This document shows positions 59,988 through 64,000 of a DNA stretch of 64,000 nt, one piece after another. This DNA comes from Pseudomonadales bacterium (lineage in GTDB: Bacteria > Pseudomonadota > Gammaproteobacteria > Pseudomonadales > Azotimanducaceae), in the NCBI GenBank assembly GCA_007131295.1, contig SLQW01000036.1, positions 16,766 to 80,765 on the forward strand, given 5' to 3'. The notes under the pieces were generated by a model, which saw nothing but the letters and a program-made list of their open reading frames with translations, was not told the origin of the DNA and did no database searches. Numbering within the stretch: position 1 is the stretch's first letter; every line of letters begins with the position of its first letter. Position numbers and translations under genes: made by a program.

Positions 59988-60557
59988 ATGAACGGAGAGG
60001 ACGAGCAGGATCCGCGGCCGCAGATCCTGGCGCGGCGCGAGGTGGCGAGGAGCCGGCTGTTCCGTATCGAGGAGCTCGACCTGCGCTTCCGCAACGGAGT
60101 CGAACGCACCTACGAGCGGCTGCCGGGAACCGGCCACCGTGCCGTGATGGTCGTGGCCGTCGACGAGGCTGGGGAGGTTCTGCTGATCCGTGAATACATG
60201 GCCGGATTTCATACCTACCAGCTCACCCTGCCCAAGGGGGCTGCGGACCCCGGGGAGAGCCTGGAGGAAGCCGCGAACCGCGAGCTCAAGGAGGAGGCTG
60301 GCTTTGGTGCGCGTCGCATCGAACTGCTCAAGGAGCTGTCGGTGGCGCCTGGCCACATGGGTTTCACCCAGACCGTCGCGCTGGCGACGGATCTCTATCC
60401 CGAGCGCCTGCCTGGTGACGAGCCCGAGCCGCTCGAGGTTCAGAGCTGGCCTCTGGCGCGGATCGATGCGCTGTTCCAGCGCGAGGACTTCAGCGAGGCG
60501 CGCGCCATTGCTGCACTGCATCTGGCGCGCATGCGGCTTGGGTCGACGCCGGCATGA
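59988..60557 (+). CDS. nudE: Nudix hydrolase, NudE-like ADP compounds hydrolase
   Basis: This is the real part of ORF 59142..60557. The Nudix box is GAADPGESLEEAANRELKEEAGF. The ATG at 59988 follows AAGGAGGG; an alternative in-frame ATG lies at 59955. The gene is divergent from yrfG, as in E. coli. Confidence 0.8.
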   Translation: MNGEDEQDPRPQILARREVARSRLFRIEELDLRFRNGVERTYERLPGTGHRAVMVVAVDEAGEVLLIREYMAGFHTYQLTLPKGAADPGESLEEAANRELKEEAGFGARRIELLKELSVAPGHMGFTQTVALATDLYPERLPGDEPEPLEVQSWPLARIDALFQREDFSEARAIAALHLARMRLGSTPA

Positions 60558-61402
60558 CTGCTGAGCGCGAAACGCTCGATCTTCTCGCGGTTGCCGAGGA
60601 CGCGGCAGCTGCAGCCTGTTCGGTGATCATGCAGTGGTATCAAGCCGCGGATCCCGGCGCGCGCAGCAAGGCCGATGCCTCCCCTCTTACCGAAGCGGAT
60701 CTTGCCGCCCACGAGCTCATCTCCTCGAGGCTGCGCGCGGCGACGCCGGAGATTCCGCTGCTATCCGAGGAAGGGCGCCACGCTCCGGCGTCGGAGCGGC
60801 GGCTCTGGCGGCGCTGCTGGCTGGTGGACCCGCTGGACGGGACGCGCGAATTCCTCGCGAGGAACGATGAGTTCACGGTAAACATCGCGCTGATCGAGGG
60901 CGGTCGCCCGCTGCTGGGCGTCGTCGCTGTTCCGGCCCGCGGGGAGGTGCACAGCGGCGTGGTGCCGGCGCAGCGGGCCGAGACCTGGCGCCTCGACGAC
61001 GGGGAGCGCCGACCGCTGCGCTGTCGTCCGTTTGTGGCCGAGCAGGCGGTCATCGTTGCCTCTCGCAGCCACCGTGGCCCTGAGCAGGAGGCGATCGTCA
61101 CGGACCTCAAAACGCGCTTTCCGGACCTCAAGGAACGTCCAGCCGGGAGTGCCCTGAAGCTGGTCGAAGTGGCGGCGGGGCGGGCGGATGGCTACCCGCG
61201 CCACGGGCCCACTTCGGAATGGGACATCGCGGCTGGTGAGGCAGTGGTTCTGGCGGCCGGCGGGGCTTTGTGTACCTGGAGCGGCGCACCGCTGCGCTAT
61301 AACAAGCCTGACACGCTCATGAACCCGGACTTCTTTGCAGTCGCGGATCCGAACGGTGCGCTCGCGCAGGCGCTCCGGGAGCTCGGCGCCGGGACACCCT
61401 GA
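60554..61402 (+). CDS. cysQ: 3'(2'),5'-bisphosphate nucleotidase
   Basis: Inositol-monophosphatase-fold motifs [16 protein letters not shown] and [10 protein letters not shown]. The ATG overlaps the nudE stop (ATGA). Confidence 0.88.
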   Translation: MTAERETLDLLAVAEDAAAAACSVIMQWYQAADPGARSKADASPLTEADLAAHELISSRLRAATPEIPLLSEEGRHAPASERRLWRRCWLVDPLDGTREFLARNDEFTVNIALIEGGRPLLGVVAVPARGEVHSGVVPAQRAETWRLDDGERRPLRCRPFVAEQAVIVASRSHRGPEQEAIVTDLKTRFPDLKERPAGSALKLVEVAAGRADGYPRHGPTSEWDIAAGEAVVLAAGGALCTWSGAPLRYNKPDTLMNPDFFAVADPNGALAQALRELGAGTP

Positions 61403-61491
61403 ACTGTCGCCTACCCCGCTTGCCCGGCGTTCGGCCGGGTCGGATACTGGTTGGGGCGACCAGATGTCGGCGACCCGGTTCGGAGGTTGAT

Positions 61492-62958
61492 GTGCCACCC
61501 GTCCCTGACAGCGCCACGAGCGCAACCGGCGTGCTGCCGCGCTACCTTGCAGAGGTGGCTCGGGATCGGCTGCTGAGCGCGACCGAGGAGCGGGCCCTGG
61601 CTGCGGAGCTGGATGCGGCCCGCGCGGCCTGGGCGCGCCGCGTGGCGGCGATTCCTGGAGGCCTGGAGACGATTCTCGGTGAAGTGGAGCGACGGCTTGC
61701 TGGAGGTGGTCGCCTCGGCGAATTCGTCGACGGGGTCTGCACCGGGGATGCAGAGGACGGGCTAGCCCATCAGGACGCTGACGGACTCGACGAGCGCGCG
61801 CTGACCCGGCTTCTGGCGTGGGAGCAGCGTGCCCGGCAGGCGCGTGGTGCGGACCGGATCCGTGCCCGCGAAGGCGTCCTGCGGCAATTCGAGGCTCTGC
61901 GCTGGCGTCCCGCGGCGACGCGGGGTGTCGTGCTGCCGTTTCTGGCGGGCGTCACCGAACTGCGTGACATCGATCGCTCCCTGCGTCAGCTCTGCCGCTT
62001 TGGTGGCGGCCTCGGTGCGCAGCGACTGGAGGCGGTTGCGCCCGGAGGTATCACCCGCAGTCGGTTCTCGCAGTGGCAGCAGGCGGGTTTGCTTGACGAC
62101 GAGCTCGCGCGGGGACTCACCGGCCAGCTCGACCGCTTCTGGCTGCGCAGCGATGCGCTGACGGAGACGCTCGGCGTCGATGCGGAGGCAGCTTGCGCGC
62201 TCGGTGCCGAGCTCGAAGCGAGTCGTGGGCGCATGCGGCGGCTGAGCGAGCGCATGGTACGGGCCAATTTGCGCCTGGTAATTTTCATTGCCAGGGACTA
62301 TCAGCGCCGCGGCGTTGCGCTCGAGGATCTCATTCAGGAGGGGAACCTGGGCCTGCTGCGGGCAGTGGACCGATTCGATCATCGTCGCGGCCATCGCTTC
62401 TCCACCTACGCGACATGGTGGATTCGCCAGGCTGTCGTTCGCGCGGTGGCGGATCAGGGGCGCACGATCCGCTTGCCGCTAGCGCTGGCTGCGCTGGTGG
62501 CCCGGGTGCGGGGTGTTACCGGTCGTTTCCTTACCCAGCACGGCAGGGAGCCGACCCTGGATGAGCTGCTGGCGTTCGAGCTGGCGGCGCCTGAACGCGT
62601 GCGTGAGGCGCTCGAGTGGGTCCCGGAGCCGCTGGCCTTCGATGCTCCGGTTTCGGGGGACGGCGATGCGGTGTTGCTCGACCTCACGCCGGGTCCGGCG
62701 CTGCGCCAACCGGAGGAGCAGGCGATGGCAGGGCAGCTCCGGCGCGCTGCCGTGCGCGCCCTCGATCGACTCGAACCGCGTGCAGCAACCGTGCTCCGGA
62801 TGCGCTTCGGTATTGACACCGGGCGCGAGCACACGCTCGCGGAAGTGGGCGCCGCGCTCGGCGTTTCAGGTGAGCGCGTGCGGCAGATCGAACGGTCGGC
62901 GCTTGCCGACCTGCGCACGGTCATCGCTGATCCGCAAGCGCTGTTCGATCCCGATTGA
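61492..62958 (+). CDS. Sigma-70 family RNA polymerase sigma factor, RpoD-like architecture with a long non-conserved insert, not the housekeeping locus
   Basis: The GTG at 61492 lies 6 nt after GGAGG. Region 1.2-like [23 protein letters not shown], region 2 [56 protein letters not shown], and region 4 [25 protein letters not shown]. Confidence 0.85.
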   Translation: MPPVPDSATSATGVLPRYLAEVARDRLLSATEERALAAELDAARAAWARRVAAIPGGLETILGEVERRLAGGGRLGEFVDGVCTGDAEDGLAHQDADGLDERALTRLLAWEQRARQARGADRIRAREGVLRQFEALRWRPAATRGVVLPFLAGVTELRDIDRSLRQLCRFGGGLGAQRLEAVAPGGITRSRFSQWQQAGLLDDELARGLTGQLDRFWLRSDALTETLGVDAEAACALGAELEASRGRMRRLSERMVRANLRLVIFIARDYQRRGVALEDLIQEGNLGLLRAVDRFDHRRGHRFSTYATWWIRQAVVRAVADQGRTIRLPLALAALVARVRGVTGRFLTQHGREPTLDELLAFELAAPERVREALEWVPEPLAFDAPVSGDGDAVLLDLTPGPALRQPEEQAMAGQLRRAAVRALDRLEPRAATVLRMRFGIDTGREHTLAEVGAALGVSGERVRQIERSALADLRTVIADPQALFDPD

Positions 62959-62973
62959 GGCGTCCGCGACGGG

Positions 62974-63402
62974 TCAGACGATCTCGACCAGTTCGATCTC
63001 AAAAGTCAGGTCGCGTCCGGCCAGGGGGTGGTTGGCATCCAGCTTGACCGAATCATCCGCCAGTGCCGCCACGTGGACGACGAAGGGCTGATCGTTCTCA
63101 TCCTTGACCTGCAGCGCCTGGCCCACCTGCAGATCGAGGTCACCCGGCAGCTGGGTGCGATCTACGTCCACGACCAGCTCGTCACGGCGCGGCCCATAAG
63201 CTTCGGCTGCCACGATCGTGGTTGTCGTAGCATCCCCTACCGTCATACCGACGACGGCGCTCTCAAAGCCCGGAATGACTTGCCCCGAGCCGACTTGGAA
63301 TTCCAGTGGGTCGCGGTCTCGTGAAGAGTCGAACTCCGTACCATCGTCCAGCTGTCCGGAATAATGCACCCGAACCGTGTCACCCTGTTTGGCTTCTGTC
63401 AT
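62974..63402 (-). CDS. FKBP-type peptidyl-prolyl cis-trans isomerase with insert-in-flap domain (SlyD/SlpA-like)
   Basis: VRVHYSGQLDDGTEFDSSRDRDPLEFQVGSGQVIPGFESAVVGM and the C-terminal NHPLAGRDLTFEIELVEI. Confidence 0.9.
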   Translation of the reverse strand: MTEAKQGDTVRVHYSGQLDDGTEFDSSRDRDPLEFQVGSGQVIPGFESAVVGMTVGDATTTTIVAAEAYGPRRDELVVDVDRTQLPGDLDLQVGQALQVKDENDQPFVVHVAALADDSVKLDANHPLAGRDLTFEIELVEIV

Positions 63403-63523
63403 GGATCATGATCTCCTGAAAGCATTCGCAAGAGTGTCGCACGCGATGACCAAGATCCTCAAAGTGGGTGCCTGGCGACAGGGCGCGCTATGATGCGCAT
63501 GCGGGCGCCAGCAAGGATCGGTC

Positions 63524-64000
63524 ATGAACGCTAACGTCGACGATAGCGGGCCCGCAGCAGCTCTCTCCGCCTTTCTCCGCCAGCATCCGAAGCTGCTGCT
63601 CCTGACCGGCGCGGGCTGCAGCACCGAATCCGGAATCCCTGATTACCGCGATGTCGATGGTGCCTGGAAACGTCCCCAGCCCGTGCAGTTCCAGGATTTC
63701 ATGCGCAGCGAACATGCGCGCAGACGCTATTGGGCTCGCAGCATGCTCGGTTATCCGCTGATGGCCGCAGCGCAGCCGAACGCCGCGCACCGTTGGCTTG
63801 CCGATCTCGAGCGGCAGGGCCGCGTGGAACTGCTGATCACCCAGAACGTTGATGGGCTGCACCAGCAGGCTGGACAGCGCGCTGTCGTCGATCTCCACGG
63901 GCGTATCGCTCAGGTGTTGTGTACGGCTTGCGGCGTGCGTCTGTCGCGGGACCTGCTCCAGACCCGTGTGGAGTCGTTGAATCCCTGGATCCGTGAACTC
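63524..64000 (+). CDS. Sir2-family NAD-dependent protein deacylase (sirtuin); the 3' end runs off the window
   Basis: This gene is not in the ORF track because it has no stop in the window. The ATG at 63524 follows AAGGA. The translation gives LLLLTGAGCSTESGIPDYRD, QNVDGLHQQAG and DLHG. Confidence 0.85.
   Translation, partial: MNANVDDSGPAAALSAFLRQHPKLLLLTGAGCSTESGIPDYRDVDGAWKRPQPVQFQDFMRSEHARRRYWARSMLGYPLMAAAQPNAAHRWLADLERQGRVELLITQNVDGLHQQAGQRAVVDLHGRIAQVLCTACGVRLSRDLLQTRVESLNPWIREL

Noticed and set aside
63524-64000. A Sir2-domain gene at the window edge, considered as a possible anti-phage (ThsA/DSR/SIR2-HerA type) effector.
   Set aside because: The sequence reads like an ordinary short class II/III sirtuin deacylase (GAGCSTESGIPDYRD, QNVDGLH) with no extra N-terminal domain. 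It is divergent from a housekeeping FKBP gene. The downstream context is outside the window, so nothing supports a defence role.

Overview
The window is visibly GC-rich, so every frame carries long stop-free ORFs. I chose real frames using recognisable family motifs, signal peptides or lipoboxes, Shine-Dalgarno sequences and start/stop overlaps. Many long Arg/Gly/Pro-rich antisense ORFs in the track were discarded. The result is about 54 protein genes, densely packed, and it reads as core chromosome rather than an island. I saw no rRNA, tRNA, CRISPR array, transposase, integrase or phage gene.

The synteny yrfG-hslR-hslO-pckA, with divergent nudE-cysQ, and an Oar-like TonB-dependent receptor suggest a high-GC gammaproteobacterium. 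A Xanthomonadales or Nevskiales-like lineage is only a guess.

Main content:
- secreted amidase and two beta-lactamase-fold serine hydrolases
- acyl-CoA ligase
- LysM lytic transglycosylase
- three LLM-class flavin/F420-type oxidoreductases
- a caa3-type cytochrome c oxidase cluster (subunit II fused to cytochrome c, subunit I fused to III, CtaG)
- a tripartite tricarboxylate transporter with fused TctC-TctB
- FprA-like reductase
- BCCT, AbgT and MFS transporters
- TetR plus RND efflux genes
- signal-peptide-bearing KatG
- ABC-F protein YheS
- a gshA-acpH-qor-dsbB-parA-like operon
- a second RpoD-like sigma factor

The best candidate for something undescribed is the minus-strand operon at 21265-25463. 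It encodes a serine hydrolase, then a single polypeptide fusing a FabH-like condensing enzyme to a heme-oxygenase-like di-metal domain, then a translationally coupled protein with no family I recognise.

Secondary leads:
- an FRG-domain gene tightly linked to a Nit hydrolase
- the TctC-TctB fusion
- an orphan ParA-like ATPase coupled to dsbB
- a 12-bp tandem repeat that reiterates the hslR stop codon
- a CxxCH lipoprotein behind one LLM gene

All family calls come from reading motifs by eye. No searches were run.
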